Part shown: piece by piece, positions 12,071 to 25,699 of the stretch
Layout: each line of letters begins with the position of its first letter
Numbering within the stretch: the first letter of the stretch is position 1
Origin: Gracilinanus agilis
Lineage: Eukaryota
Assembly (NCBI RefSeq): GCF_016433145.1
Contig: NC_058130.1
Span: 378,118,292 to 378,182,291, forward strand
Direction of reading: 5' to 3'
DNA length: 64,000 bases
Position numbers and translations under genes: made by a program
The notes under the pieces: model-generated
The model's input: only the letters and a program-made list of their open reading frames with translations
What the model was told of the DNA's origin: nothing
Database searches by the model: none

Positions 12071-13584
12071 TACTTGTTCACATAACTGAGGGATGGAGAT
12101 AAGAGACCCATATAGGAAATCTTCTTTCTGCTTAATGTATTCAGAGTTCCTTACATATTAACTTAACACAAAAAAAAAAACACCTGGGAACACAGTGACT
12201 CTAACTTCTCCTGGTTGAGAATATGATTTATAGTTGATGTGATCACTATGACTGGATTACTGGAGGGCATGTGTCAGCCAAATAGAGCCTGAGGTTCAAA
12301 TCCTGCCCACAATCTTGGTATTGGTTCATGAGCTGGGATATTTTTGAATACAATAAAATTTTATTTTAAAATGTAAAAAAAATTAAAAACAACATTATGA
12401 GCTCACTGGGCTATGCAAAAGGAGGTGATAAAGCAGATTTTCAATTTAGCAGACAGTTGCAGATCCCTGAAATAAAGCAAAAGATTTGGGATCACCCATT
12501 AAATTTTAGCTGTCTCTCCATACTATGGAAAAGTGTAACACTGGACCTTTTTATAACAGAATATTTATTCTTCCAAAGGATTAATCCAAATAAACAAACT
12601 TACTCCCCTATGAAATGGGAGTTATAATTTTCTTTCTCTCCCTTTGTACTGCCTCAGTCTCTGGGGAGAGGAGGATTTCATTCATAGCTTAGTTCAGTCT
12701 TCAAAGAGTATAGCACCAGTTCCATGTCCAATATCCCCCTTGGGCTTGAATCCCAGGAACCTTGGATTCTCAAGTCCACCATCCCACCATCCCACCTACA
12801 TCCCTGGTTCCAACATAGCCATGGCTCAGACTCCTAATTCCATGAGGATTACTTCTAGAATCTGAAACTGAGGACAAACAACACAGAACATTAAAAAACC
12901 ATGCCCAAGCCCATTTCTTAGAATAAGAGAGGTAAGCATTTACTGATTGGCTTTTCTGGGTGTAAAAGGAGGAGTTTGTAGAAAAGAGCTCTGTATCTGA
13001 AAAGGGAGTGAATGGTTTAATCTCACCAGTTTTAAAGTCTCAAGCAGCCAGTCAAAAGAGATGACCCACACTTATATGATTGGGGACTCAGTAGGGTCTA
13101 TGGTAGGTAAATTGCCCTCATGAGCATGTTAGAAGTGGACATGTCCAGAGAAGCCTGGACTACACAAGAAATGTCAGAAGCAAATGTTTTCGAAGGCCAG
13201 AGCAAGGGAAAGAAGAAAAGTCAGGGGAAGCCATACTGATTCATTGAGTAGATGAAGAGATGATAGAATGATTATGAGCATTAAATCACTCTTAGTATCA
13301 GTACAAAGAGCATGAATGTGATCAGGCAAGAAGACAAGGAGCCTTTGTTAATTATGCCATTGTTAATCATGCTACATCAAAAGATCTAGAAAAAGGTTCC
13401 CAGAACCTTGGGTGGAGAAGCTATGGAATATTAATGCAAGAAGTTAGGGGGGAAAGAAGATAGGTAAGCATAGCAGAGGATAGAAAACATAAAGATGAGT
13501 TATAATATGCACCATTGGAGGAAATATTCATATAGAGGAAATTATGAATCCATCCCTGAAATAATAAGGATGAAGTTTTAAGGC

Positions 13585-13990
13585 AGAGTAATTAATTAAA
13601 GAATGACTAAACAAACTCTATTATATGGTTGAATGGAATCATATTGTATTGTAAGAAATGACAAGAAATGGTTACACAGAAATCTGAGAAGACAACTCAT
13701 GCAGAGAGAAGTGAGCAGAATCAGAATGATATATAAAATAAGATTGTAAAAACATGCAGCTTTGCAAGATTTATTAACTCTGCTCAATACAATGTTTAGC
13801 CATGATTATAGAGTACAACTATATAAAAAAATACTACCACTCTCCTGAGATAGAGGTGATAGATTCAAGATGCAGAATGAGACAAACTTTTGAAAATGGT
13901 CTATGTGAGCATTTGTTTTGCTTGACTATGTATATTTGCAAGGGGAAAGCAGGAGGGAGAGTAATAATATTTATTACTTTAAAATCTTTA
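13585..13990 (+). mobile_element. Old L1 ORF2 end and 3' UTR
   Basis: AATGGAATCATATTGT-TGTAAGAAATGAC, ATGCAGAGAGAAGTGAGCAGAATCAGAA L1 motifs. Confidence 0.65.
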
Positions 13991-14184
13991 ATTTGAAAAG
14001 AAAAATTCAAAATCCACCCCTACACATTTTTCAGATCTCCCTAAGTCATAGATCTTCAATACAGGTTGTTATTGTTGGGTGAACAGCAAGGCCTGGAGTT
14101 AATACAATAGTTTCTTCACAATCCCAGACAAAAAGAACAAAAAAATAAAGATTATTTGAACAGAGCTGACTTTCCTTTACACAT

Positions 14185-14300
14185 TGCCTCCCCCAATTAG
14201 AGTGTGAGCTCCTTTAAGAGGCAAGATCATCTTGTTCTTTTCTACATGTTCGCAACACTTGATACACAGTGCATCATGCTTAAAAATACTTTTTTATTCA
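14185..14300 (+). mobile_element. L2 3' end
   Basis: TTAGAGTGTGAGCTCC-TT-AGAGGCAAG-T...CACAGTG...CTTAA-AAATACTT. Confidence 0.55.
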
Positions 14301-14349
14301 TTCATTCAAATAAGAAAAAATCAATATCTTACATTAGATAATAAAATGC

Positions 14350-14540
14350 TTCATTTTTTTTCAACCTTCTGTCTTAGTAACAATTCTAAGACAGAAGAGA
14401 GGCAAGGGCTAGGCATTTGGGGTTAGGTGACTTGCCCAGTGTCAAACAGCTAGGAACTGACTGAGTTTCAGATTTGAACCCAGATCCTCCTGACTCCAGT
14501 CCTGGAGCTCTATCCACTGTACTACTTCACTACCCCCAAT
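14350..14540 (-). mobile_element. Marsupial CORE-SINE with AGACAGAAG tail
   Basis: GGGCTAGGCA-TTGGGGTTAGGTGACTTGCCCAG...GATTTGAACCCAG...TCTATCCACTG. Confidence 0.75.
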
Positions 14541-14659
14541 GCCTTGTTCTCTATCCCATTTCTTTCTTGGGCTTATTTGGTTTCCTTAAAAAGGAATTGG
14601 AAAGCTCTTTCAAAGTTTTGAGAAGAGGGGAGTATGAATATGGAATATTGCCTATACTC

Positions 14660-14838
14660 TTACTGAACTGTCTTTATTTTATACTTATCTTTGTTAAAAA
14701 GTTATTATCTCTATAGAATTAGGTCTTGATCAATGATACATGTGAAACCCAGTGGAATTGTGTGGCTGGTAAGGGGGGTTAGGGGAGCTTAGGGAGAGGG
14801 AAAGAACATGAAACATGTAACTATGGGAAAGTATTCAA
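14660..14838 (+). mobile_element. 5'-truncated L1 3' end
   Basis: TTGATCAATGATACATGTGAAACCCAGTGGAATTG...GAAAGAACATGAA-CATGTAACTATGGGAAA...AATAAAA. Confidence 0.75.
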
Positions 14839-15067
14839 AATAAAATTTTTTAAAAAAAGTCATTATCTCTGTGTATAGAAGGGAGATATTTACATATGAT
14901 GGCAATGCAAAAGCAAGATAGAAGTTCTTATAGTCCTTGGAGGGGTATGAGAAATTATTTTTGTAATTCACATTTACTAAATGTTAATTTTGTAACTAAT
15001 TTCTTTTGTCAGAGATGTTTCACAGTATTGTATTATGTTTTTCTTTTTAATTTAAAATTAGAATTTA

Positions 15068-15268
15068 GGGGCAGCTGGGTAGCTCAGTGGATTGAGAGTC
15101 AGGCCTAGAGATGGGAGGTCCTAGGTTCAAATCCAGCCTCAGACACTTTCCAGCTGTGTGACCCTGGGCAAGTCACTTGACCCCCATTGACCACCCTTAC
15201 CACTCTTCCACCTAGGAGCCAATACACAGAAGTTAAGGGTTTAAAAATGTAAAAAAAAAAAATAAATT
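15068..15268 (+). mobile_element. SINE1_Mdo-type SINE with TSD
   Basis: Intact A/B boxes, A tail; 13-bp TSD AAATTAGAATTTA at 15055-15067 and 15269-15281. Confidence 0.92.
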
Positions 15269-15576
15269 AAATTAGAATTTAAATTAGTAATAATATATGG
15301 AAGCTAAAACAATTCAGTGAGAATTTTAAATGCATAAGGAGGATAAAGATCTCACTTGATCTGTAATAAAAGTAGAGACATACTCAATACACAGAAGCTT
15401 TGTTTTTTCTGTGAGAAAATACATTTTAAGATTAAAATCCTCAGGACATTGTGGGGATGTGGAATACTTCCTAAAGGATGAATGGAGAGATAAATATACA
15501 GATAGACAGAGAGATAAACACACACATACATATGCACACATGTATTATATGTAGGTATGTAGGTATGTATATATAG

Positions 15577-15835
15577 TGGGCAACTAGAGGGCACAGTGGG
15601 TATAGTGCTGGGTCTGAAGTCAGGAAGATTTATCCTACTAATTAATGTTCAAATCTGGCCTCATACACTTACTAGCTATGTGATCCTGGGCAAGTCACTT
15701 AACCCTGTTTGCCTCAGTTTCCTCATCTGTCAAATGAGCCAGAGAAGGAAATGGCAACCATTTCAGGATCTTTGCCAAAAAAAAATAATAAAAACTCCAA
15801 ATGGGGTCTCAAAAGTTGGACACAACTAAAAGAAA
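15577..15835 (+). mobile_element. MAR1-type SINE
   Basis: tRNA head, CORE, RTE tail (GGAAATGGCAACCA...CTTTGCCAA...AAATGGGGTC...TTGGACACAACT). Confidence 0.85.
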
Positions 15836-16259
15836 TAAATGCAAAAAAAAATGGGCTTATGTATGTGTATATAACTACATGTATATGTATACATATCTAT
15901 GTACATGGAAACATTTGTATAACTATGTTATATTCATGTGTATATATTTATATATTAATTGATAGCTCAAAAAATGAAAGATTTTGTTCTTACACCTGCA
16001 ATAGAATTGAGAGAGCAAAGTTTATGTTCTCCAAATTAATGCTGAAGTTATGAACAATAAATACCTTTAAGTATGATTAAACAAGGTCATTCCCAGTCAA
16101 GGTTCATATGTGAATTTAAGAAAATTAAAATAAAAAACAGATTGAGCTTTTCTGGGAAATCTTTTACAATAATGACTAGGTTGTCTATAATTTGGAGCAA
16201 GAAGATAAACCTCAGCTTTTTCTAAGTAAAAACACTCTTCCAGTCTATCCAAACTGCTT

Positions 16260-17261
16260 TGTAACGAGGACAAGGGAATCAGGGGGTAATTGGGTATTGG
16301 GAGAAACTCCTAAATTTAGATGTCCTAGGGCCTTGCCCCTTTTTATTGCATTAGAGGTTCATACTAAGTAAGAATAAGGTCCCCTAATATTTTCAGTCTT
16401 TTCCTACTTTCCTTTTATCCCATTTCCAGGACATCCATTAACTTGTTTTTAATGTCTTTTCATTGGGTTCTTGTCCTATTGTTTTTATTTCTGAGCCTTC
16501 TTTTTTCTATCATAGCTTATCCAAAGCCCTCTCCTCCTCATTGTGAAAGGGAATTTTTTTTATCTCAACTTTATCAATCAAGTACTTGGGGTGCTCTACC
16601 CTCTTAACTTAATCAATTAGGAACTCCGGTGAGGATCCTTTTGATAAACCACCCTCAGAGAATGGGAGGTTGATCCAATAGGCACTGCTCCCTGGGCAGT
16701 GCCAGGCAAATTAATAAACTCTGATTGGTTCCTGAGATGTGATAGATCAGTCCACAGTGAAAAGAAGTAGAAACCAAAGAGACAGGAAGTGATGTAGAGA
16801 AAACTGCTTATAAAAACCAGCCAAGGGTATTCTGACTCATTCTGCTGCATTGGTGGCTCTTGCTGAAAGAGGAATTCTTCTCCGTGGCACTTCTTCTGTA
16901 TTGGACTTCTTCTGTATTGAAGGACTTCTACATTGGATATTCTGCATTGGTGGCTCGAGGAGTTCAGCTTTGGTGACTCGCTTGGGTTGAGGAAGACCCT
17001 GGTCAAAGACACTGGCTTTTCAGTTCTTCCCCAGTCTTTGGTGGGATGCTATCGTAGGTGAGGCACTTGGATCTGGACTTAGGGAATTTAGCTTGGCAAT
17101 ATTTTCTACCTCCTTCCTACATTTCTTCTTTACTATCTCTACCTTGCTATAATAAAGCTACTAAAGCTACTAACAGCATTTTGACTTGAGTTAATTATTA
17201 TAAATAGCAACCACAACAATTTTTAATTCTTATATTTGTTAAACCCATTTTAATTATTACA
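16260..17261 (+). mobile_element. Solo ERV LTR (~1.0 kb)
   Basis: TGTAA...TTACA termini, TATAAAA at 16809, AATAAA at ~17151; TSD degraded (TGCTT/TCATT). Confidence 0.75.
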
Positions 17262-18345
17262 TCATTCAATACTTAAAATTATTATATATACTTCCTCAAA
17301 TTTCCATAGCACTTTTTCCAAACCAACTATTATCCATTTTATTCAGAAGGGATTGGTGCATGGATTTTTGCCTGAATCAGTCAAATAATTGGGAAGAAAA
17401 TGTCATTTTTCTTGGCAAAAGTCTTCTATGTTGGCCACTTGTGCTGCCAATGTCCCTTATAAAAAGGACTTTGGATTTTGCTCCATTGACTAAAACCACA
17501 AGAATACATTAAGATAGAAATTGCCACTCTGGGTCAGGTCTTTGGTCCAGTCTGCCTAATGTGCTCTTGCCAATTAAATGTGAGCGGTTCATTCTGCCTT
17601 CTCAATATAAATGCTGGGGTAGGAGCACACAATCATAGATTTTGAATTTTATAGGGCATGAGAGGCCATCAAGCAGTACAAATGTCCACGTTCCTTACCC
17701 TACTTCCCAAACACAGAACAGAGTAGGAGAGGGCAGTGGGCAGTAGGAAGACATAACAGACTGGAATGGGTATGAAAGGAAAACTATCAGCAGATGTGTC
17801 TACCTCTTATTATAGACAGGAGTTCATGAAAGTCCAAGGAGTCATTCATTCATTTAGCAAACATGCATTAGACCTAAAGCTGAAAGGAAGCTTAGGGATT
17901 ATTTAGTCCTAACCCATAACATCTCAGTTTACAGATCACCAGAAATGGGGTCTCAGAGAGGGTCACAAGCTAAGTCACACAGTTTATAAATGACAGAACC
18001 CAATCTGGAACTCAAGTTTGATAATGCAAAGAACAGCACTTTTCTAATATATTCTGCCATGGAAAGCATGATCCAGTACTGGTCATCTGACATGGACATT
18101 TGTCTTTGCTTTGTGGAAAGCACATTCTTTTTCAGATCCATAACAGGAGTGCTTGAAAGACCATAAACCAAAGTTCCCATAAACCATCTTGTTGAGTGTT
18201 CTCTCCTTGAATTAATTTGTATGAGTCTAGGCAGAGAGTGGTTCCCTTAATCTGCTCATCCAAATATTGATTCAGAGCTTCTCTGGGGATCAAGTAGGGA
18301 ATGAGAACCTTGGTAGCAGCCCTGTTTTTCTAGATTTACCTAGGT

Positions 18346-18563
18346 CAATAATGGTGAACCTTTTAGAGACTGAATTCCCAAACTACAACCCTCACACCAT
18401 ATGTGAACACCCCCACCTCACTCCAGATGAAAAAAAAGGGGGAAGTTCTCCAATTGGGCTGCTAGATAGAGAGGTAGGTGATATTAGAAATGTCTTCAGG
18501 TGCAGTGGAGAAGGGAGGGGAGCAGCCCCCTCTGGCATGCGTGCTATAGGTTTGCCAACATGG
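18346..18563. mobile_element. hAT (Charlie-like) non-autonomous DNA transposon
   Basis: Decayed TIRs consistent with CAGTGATGGCGAACCT; perfect 8-bp TSD ACCTAGGT at 18338-18345 and 18564-18571. Confidence 0.8.
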
Positions 18564-18719
18564 ACCTAGGTAGTAGGAGGTACTTAAAGAGTTGGCCCCA
18601 TTCCATCAGACCAGGAGGACTAGTACTGCTGAGAATCAGCCACAAACTAAGCTTACTTCAATACCTCTGAAAGTGTAACTATTAGATTTTCTTCATCTCT
18701 AAATTGTGGGCTACACTAA

Positions 18720-18895
18720 GGTATTATGGTGTAATAAAGAGACAACTGAACTTGGAGTCAATGTCTCAGATACTAATTAGTTTTGTGACCCTGAGGAATT
18801 CATTTGAGTCCTCTGAGACTCAGTTTCCTCATCAGTAAAAATGAAGAGTTTGCACTTGATGACCATTAAGTCCCTTCTAATCTCTAAAGCTGTGC
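18720..18895 (+). mobile_element. MIR3-type SINE
   Basis: CORE plus CR1-derived tail (GATGACCATTAAGTCCCTTCTAATCTCTAAA). Confidence 0.65.
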
Positions 18896-21104
18896 TGCAA
18901 TGGACTTCTGACTATACAAATAACTTGTAGAAAAGTAAGGATCTTAACACAAAGACCCTCAGGAATACACTATGGAACATTAAAAGTTGTTCAAGGGATG
19001 TTCTTAATATATACATGATTTTCCTTTAAAAAAAAATAAGAGCAATGGAAAACAAGGTGAAGGGAGGATCTCTACCTTGTAGATAAATGAAGAGGAAATG
19101 ATGGACTTCATTATTACTATAAATATATATATATATATGTATATACATATATATATATATAAGAAAAAAGAGTGTACAAATATGGGAAAAGGGTTAGGGA
19201 GTGGGCATCAGATAAACCACTCAAATAAAATGGACAGAGGAGGATTGGACCTGCATATAGAGAACTCTGTTGTAGAAATTTCTCAAACTAAACTAGGACT
19301 AAAGTTAGAATGTGTGCAGGTGGGTTAACGGGGAATACTTACAAACAGATTAAATATCCTGGTCCTGAAAGGGAGTAGGGATTAAAATGGAAAAAAAAGA
19401 AAATAATTATATTAAAAGGAAAAAATAATTAGAATATAAGGGTGTATCCACCAATTGGGAGATTGCTGAACAAATTGTGCTATATGCACATGATTAAATA
19501 TTATTGTACTTTAAGGTGTATGAAGAAACAAAATTTTTGAGTTGGGTATGGTATTGATTTATTTTGTGAGATTATATTTCTTTGTTACAATTTTTTTGGT
19601 TTTTAAATGGTGGGATAGGAAATTAGGGAGGGGGATGTTAATAATAGTAAAGTATATACAGAAGAAAATAGATGGAAGCTTATCAGAAATCATAGAAAAG
19701 TTGGAGTTTAAAAAAATAGTGTGTGGATATCATTATTTACTTTTTTTAAAAGGCAGTATAAGATGGAGATCCATGCCTTCTGGTAGAATCATCTTTTTCT
19801 GAATGTGTTCTGCTATGTAGATGGAAATGATCTTTTGGGGGATTTAGAGTCACAAACATATATGCATATATGTATATGTGTGTATATACATATGAAATAA
19901 GACTCTTGAAGAAGAGGCAAATGGAAAAGTATACATATCAACCTCAAGACTTCAAGGCTAATCATTTTCCTACTGTCCATTTGTAGGATTGCATTATACT
20001 CCTCTGTGATTAATAGCAATTCTGCATAGGTATTGCCCTTGGTAAAACTGTAATGTTAACAAAGTTCATCTTTATTCATCCTGTGCTTATTTATTTCCCT
20101 TTCTGATGCCTCCTGACTCAAATGCCTGTGTTCTCATACTGATCTTCCCTGTAACAGTTCACCTTAGTCTGCCCCTATCAAGACTACCCTCTGTGCTCTA
20201 GACTTTTCCCAAATGCCAACCAAACCCACCTGCACTCTATTCCAGTCCCTTAGGGCCTTATAGCTTCTAAGTATCAATTAGATGATTAATTTATCTATGC
20301 TAGTAACTAATAAACTAATCTATGCTAATGTGATCGTGGGTAAGAATAAGTCCATGTTACCACTATGTTCATTTTTTCAGGGATGAACAGAAAGTGATGT
20401 CTTCACTTAAAGAATAACTTTTCATGATCAGGATTTCGGATGCTGTCAAATTAGTGGAAGAGACAGTAGGAGGATTACTTGACCTTCATATTTCATGTCA
20501 TATGCAGCTGCCTACTTAGCCTCAGTTTAGGGTTGACCTTCAGTCTTAATATTTCCAACTACTCTGTCATTTGGTGAAACAGTGAAAAGGTACATTCATT
20601 ATGAACCAAAAAAATATTTTCTTTTCACAGATTGTTTTTGAGGAAAACTGTGCCTTCATGACTTGGAGTTATTTTTTTAAAACTTCCAATAAACTATCCT
20701 GGCATTATATAAACTAAGGAAATAAAAACAAGACCCAGACAGAGGAGGAAACATAAAGACTTGGTTGAAGAGACAGTTTCATCAATAGCAGCTTTAAAGA
20801 ACCAGACTAGTCACCCTCACTCAAAAAGATAGCAGGACATAGCCATGTGTCCACTTATTACCGGCTCTGGTATCATTTGGGAGGCATCTACAATATGATG
20901 TGATTTCTTTGAATTAACCACTGCCTTTGCTGCAAAAATGAAAGAGTTTTGTTGATAATTAATATTCTTACAGGCATTCTTCCTCTCTGATGCCATGTCT
21001 CTTGTTCCTTTTTATTTCAAACAGTCTGCACTAACTTCTCTTCTTGAGGAAATATCTTCTCCAAATGCTGCAAGTGAGTAAGACATTCTTTTGGGGGAGA
21101 AATG

Positions 21105-21395
21105 GGGGAAGCACTAACTGGCGCAGTGGATAGAGTGCTGGGCCTGGAGTCAGGAAGGCTTATCTTCCTAAGTTCAATTTTGACCTCAGATACTTACTAA
21201 CTGTGGCAAGTCACTTAACTCTTTTTGCCTCCATTTCCTTAACTTTAAAATGATCTGAAGAAGAAAAATAGTAAACCACTCTAGTATCTTTACCAAGAAA
21301 ACCTCAAATGGTGTCATAAAGAGTCTCTCTGCCAAGAAAATCCCAAATGGGGTCACCAAGAGTCAGACATAACTGAAAAAGACTGAACAACAGAA
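21105..21395 (+). mobile_element. MAR1-type SINE
   Basis: TGGCGCAGTGGATAGAG head; RTE tail AAATGGGGTCACCAAGAGTCAGACATAACTGAAAAAGACTGAACAAC. Confidence 0.85.
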
Positions 21396-21589
21396 GTGAT
21401 AAGTGGCTGAACTCTGGTGGTTGCAAGGCAAGTGGACAGCAGAGAATTGATGACAAAGATTGTAAAGGTAAAATCAGTCAGACTTGCAACTGGCTGGTTG
21501 TAGGAAGTGAAGGAGAGGGAGGAACCAAAGATGATTGAGATTGCAAACCTGAGTGATGACGATAGTGCCATCAATAGAAATAGGGTTTT

Positions 21590-21594
<5 letters not shown>

Positions 21595-21635
<41 letters not shown>
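21595..21635. repeat. (TG)n microsatellite, ~20 units
   Basis: Direct reading. Confidence 0.95.
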
Positions 21636-21638
<3 letters not shown>

Positions 21639-23809
21639 GGCAGTAGGGAGAAGTAGAAGGGAAAAAAACATGAAGCTTTGATAATTAAATTTAAAATTAA
21701 AGATTTAATTTTTACAAAATTTAAAAGAGAGAGGCCCTAGGAGGACAGAAATGAGAGGTGGGAAGATTGAATCAAAATTGGGAAATGTTGACTGGATAAA
21801 AGATATTGCTTTCTCTCTATAAGGATGGTTTACCTAAATCTTTTGCATGGTTACTGTTTTTTTTCCTGAGGAGCCTTTAAAGTGCTATAGTATTTTATGT
21901 AACCTACACAGTCTGATCTTCAAACAATGGCATCTGGAAGACCTCTTTATGTCCATAGGGAGTCTCTTTTCAAATTGGACTTAAACTGGATCTCCTCCAT
22001 GAGATTAGTGAACACTGACAAGCACATCTGCTTAGCTTGTGTCTCACCTCATATTTATGATAAGAGTGTAATTAAACAAAATTTTCTCCCTTGTTATATC
22101 CTCTGGATTATTTTGATATATGTAGTAGAAGGCACATTGTCAGAAAAGAGCTTTTATAGTAGGGAATTATAACCTGGCATCCAATAATTTGTTTTAAACA
22201 CATAGTTTGATAGCTATTTTAATATATTGTTTCCTTTGTAACCCTATTTTGTTTTATGCATTTAAAAACAGTGAAGACATTAGCAGTTCCAAAACCCTAA
22301 GGAGGTGAAGAATAGAATTTCTGAAGAGGTCATAAAAACAACTTTGCTCAAATTAACACACATTGTTTTGAGTGTTTGTTTTAAGCAATCTCTAAGCAGC
22401 AGTGCATAACAACCTTTTTCATCACTTTTTTTTGTTTTGTTTTTCTTATTTTCTTTTGTCCTCATTTATCCATGCAAATGCTTGTACTTGTTGATGGAAG
22501 AAAAAAATAAAATGCATTTATTGAAGAAAATAGATAATTTAGTAATTTCATAAAGTAGATAGTGCAAATAATTCTCTTATTGTTCATTAATTTATTGCCC
22601 CTTACCTCATCTGTGGACCCACATGGATTTGGTTTAAAATGTGGAAACTTTTAATAATAATTTACCTCCCTTCTTCTTTTCCTCTAAAAATGTCAGAAAA
22701 CTGGGAACTTAAGAAACTGACGCTGACTTTTTTGCTTACTGAGCTAACAGACTCAGACAAAAAAAAACATTAGAACTATAAACACTTTACTGAGATAGAA
22801 ATGGATATTAATAATATTGGCCAGAACTGGCCAGATTTTTGAATGAGTACTTTTCTTCTGCATCTTCCTTAGAGTAATTTGAGACTCATGCTACTTCAAA
22901 TTTATGAGTCCAGTGATGAAAACATGGATTTAGATTACAGATATAAGGTACTGCTGAGCGGTCTGAGGTTGAAGATTTCAGAGTAGGATTAGGTCTGTTT
23001 GGATTTAACTGCTTTCCTCTTTATCTCCATCCATAAAGTAAATAGCCTTTTGCTTTACAAGGACTCCAGTAACACTATCTGCACATAAGGCTTGTTCTTC
23101 TCTGCTTCTTATATCCACTAGTCACCCAATGCAATATGGCAATAAAAATGTCCTCCACGTTTGCTTTCTTTAGGAGTAGGAGAAAGAACAAATTTCCCAA
23201 GGTTGTTTCATTTGGAGAAGAGGATATGAGAGCAAACCACCTTGGGAAAAACTTTTTTTTCTTCCCTTTACTGTGAAAAACTACTAAAATGACCTCCTTT
23301 CATTCAAAAGGGCTGTCCCAATGAAAAGGCAAATAAAGAGTAATGCACAAGCTATCCTCATACTATGAAGAACTGATGACTGCACTAGCCTCATTTTACA
23401 AATGAAAAAGCTTAGAAAGTAGAAATCCTCCCAAATCATACTACTAGTAAGCATTGCAGTCAGGACTCAAATCTAGGTCTTCCAATTCCTATCCAGTGCA
23501 ATTCTCACCAGATCATTCTATTTTTATGGAATTATGTGGGCTCACATGATCTGACCCATTTCATAATGAACTAAGTTAAAGTAGGATGTTAATATCACAA
23601 ACCCACAGCATGGAACAGAAGAATTAAGTTCTCCAGTTGTTTCATTAAGTAAGAGAACTTGGTCACTGCATTAGTTCAACTAGCCAAGAGAAAGTATTCT
23701 TACCCTTTAAAAATAATCACCCAAGGAAGAATCAGTACCAGTCAGTTATACTAACATGTACTTCCTGCCAGTTCCTAAAAACAATCCTTATATCAAAAAC
23801 TTTCTCCTT

Positions 23810-24319
23810 TGGTAACGTTCAGGTTCCTTTGAGGGAATTTCTTACCTCTCTGGCTCATAGAACCCACAGGGGAAATCATTACCTGACCCAAGCTGGCATA
23901 TCAGTGTGGTGACACCAATTCCTCAACAAGGACACAGTTCACACAATGTCCAAAGGAAAAGTTTTATTGAAAAGACAAAGAAAATCAAAGTTGTAACAAA
24001 ACTTTCAGAAAATAAAGCAATGTCCACTGGGTAACCCTTTACTAAAGAACTATATAAGGTAGCAGATAACATGGTCCAACCAGATGTGGTTGGAAGTCCC
24101 CTGGTTTGGCTTCTCCTTTAATTCTATTTCACTCAATGATAAGCCCTGGGCCAGCCAGAACAAAACAAGTCCAGTGTTCTCCCCGTATTATAATTTCAGG
24201 AATGTACTGAGAGTTGGAACTCCTTCTCATTGAGTCTATTATTCTCTGATATAGCACTTGTTGGCCCAGTCTTCATAAAAGTGTGTCTAGGGAGCAGGAA
24301 CGCTTCTTCTCTGTTACCA
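23810..24319 (-). mobile_element. Putative old solo LTR
   Basis: TGGTAAC...GTTACCA inverted termini; TTTTATTG (minus-strand AATAAA) at ~23965; no matching TSD. Confidence 0.4.
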
Positions 24320-25319
24320 AAAGAATCTTAGTAATCATCTGTCCTAGATTTAGAGAAGACTAAAATTTTTAATGTCCTTCCTTGCCATAGAACTAGAAGG
24401 GATATTGACCTACACAAGGGAGGATGCCTCACTTGTTCAGCACCCTACTTTTTACTTAATAACTCTATTGAGTACAAAGCATGTGTTGGAACTATTCAGT
24501 TCCCTCTAGACTGTTACAAAAGAGATATGACTTTTTTTTTCTTTTGAGGGGAAGTGGTTAGATCCTAGCATATACAAATACACACATATACACACATATA
24601 GATATGTAGATATATGTGTGTATATATTGGATCCCCTATGACTTGAATGAATGCTCCTTAAAGGAAGAAATGGCTTCATTGTTGTCTTTGTATCCCTAAT
24701 ACTTAGTGTTTAATCAATGCTTGTTAATTTATTGTTTGAAGAAGGTCCAAAGTGGGGTTCTGTCAGAAGCACTGAAATCCAAAGCAGGAGGAAGTTATCA
24801 GAATGGGGTCAGAATAGGTCATAGAATAGAACACTAAGTGCTGAATCAAAACAAAATTAGCAGGTTGGAGCGATGGTTCCATTTACCTCTCTTATTTCTT
24901 CTCTGCACTTCTCTCTCTCTGCTCAAGACCTGTCACTTCCCCCTGAAAGTAATATGTATAGTTTCTTTTCCAGGTAAAATGCTCAGAGGCAACTAATAAG
25001 TCAACAGAAAATTCTGCCCAAATATTTGTTCCCAAGAATCTTTTTCTCCGGCCAATAATCCTGAGAAGTAGAATAGAGGTAGGAATCATTCATATTCTAA
25101 CAGATGAGAAGGGAAGGGCTGTTATAGACCAAGTGAAACAGAGTATCTGTCATCAATGGTAGACAAAATCCAAGAAAAGGAATGCCTATGTTCTGTTCCA
25201 AATAGATATAGTGTGTGTCTATGTATGTATATAATTAAGATCTCAAAAGAGTTTGCAGAAAGCAGATAAGGTCTGAGAAGGTAGTATTATTTAAATACTT
25301 GATATTTTCAAGAAATTTT

Positions 25320-25560
25320 GAAGCAGTGGATAGAACATCCAGCTTAGAGTCAGGATGTCCTAAGTCCATATCTGGTCTAGATTGCTTACTATCTCTGTAA
25401 CCCTGGGCAAGTCATTTACCCCTGTTGGTCTCAGTTTCCTTATCTGTAAAATGAGCTGGAAAAGGAAATGGCAAACCACTCAAGTATGTTCCCCAAGCAA
25501 AGCCCAAATGTAGTCACAAAAAGTCAAATATGACCAAAATGTCTGAACAGCAACAACATT
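25320..25560 (+). mobile_element. MAR1-type SINE
   Basis: CORE plus GGAAATGGCAAACCACTC...GTCACAAAAAGTC tail. Confidence 0.8.
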
Positions 25561-25699
25561 GAGAATAGGATAAGGGACAGAGGGGTAGAGTGAAGGGGAA
25601 AATAAATGTTGGAATCTCTAAACCATCATTTCTTGAGCAGTTGCTGCTCTATGTTGGCAGCAGGGCTCTTTTCCCAAGGAGTCCCCTAGATCAATGTAA

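Noticed and set aside
16841-16960. Short tandem repeats (CTTCTTCTGTATTG twice; TTCTGC-GCATTGGTGGCTC twice)
   Set aside because: Internal duplications typical of LTR R regions; not a CRISPR-like or regularly spaced array.
22913-22966. Possible C/D-box snoRNA (GTGATGA ... CTGA ... CTGA)
   Set aside because: Only 54 nt from C to D box, no convincing terminal stem and no recognisable rRNA/snRNA guide; expected by chance.
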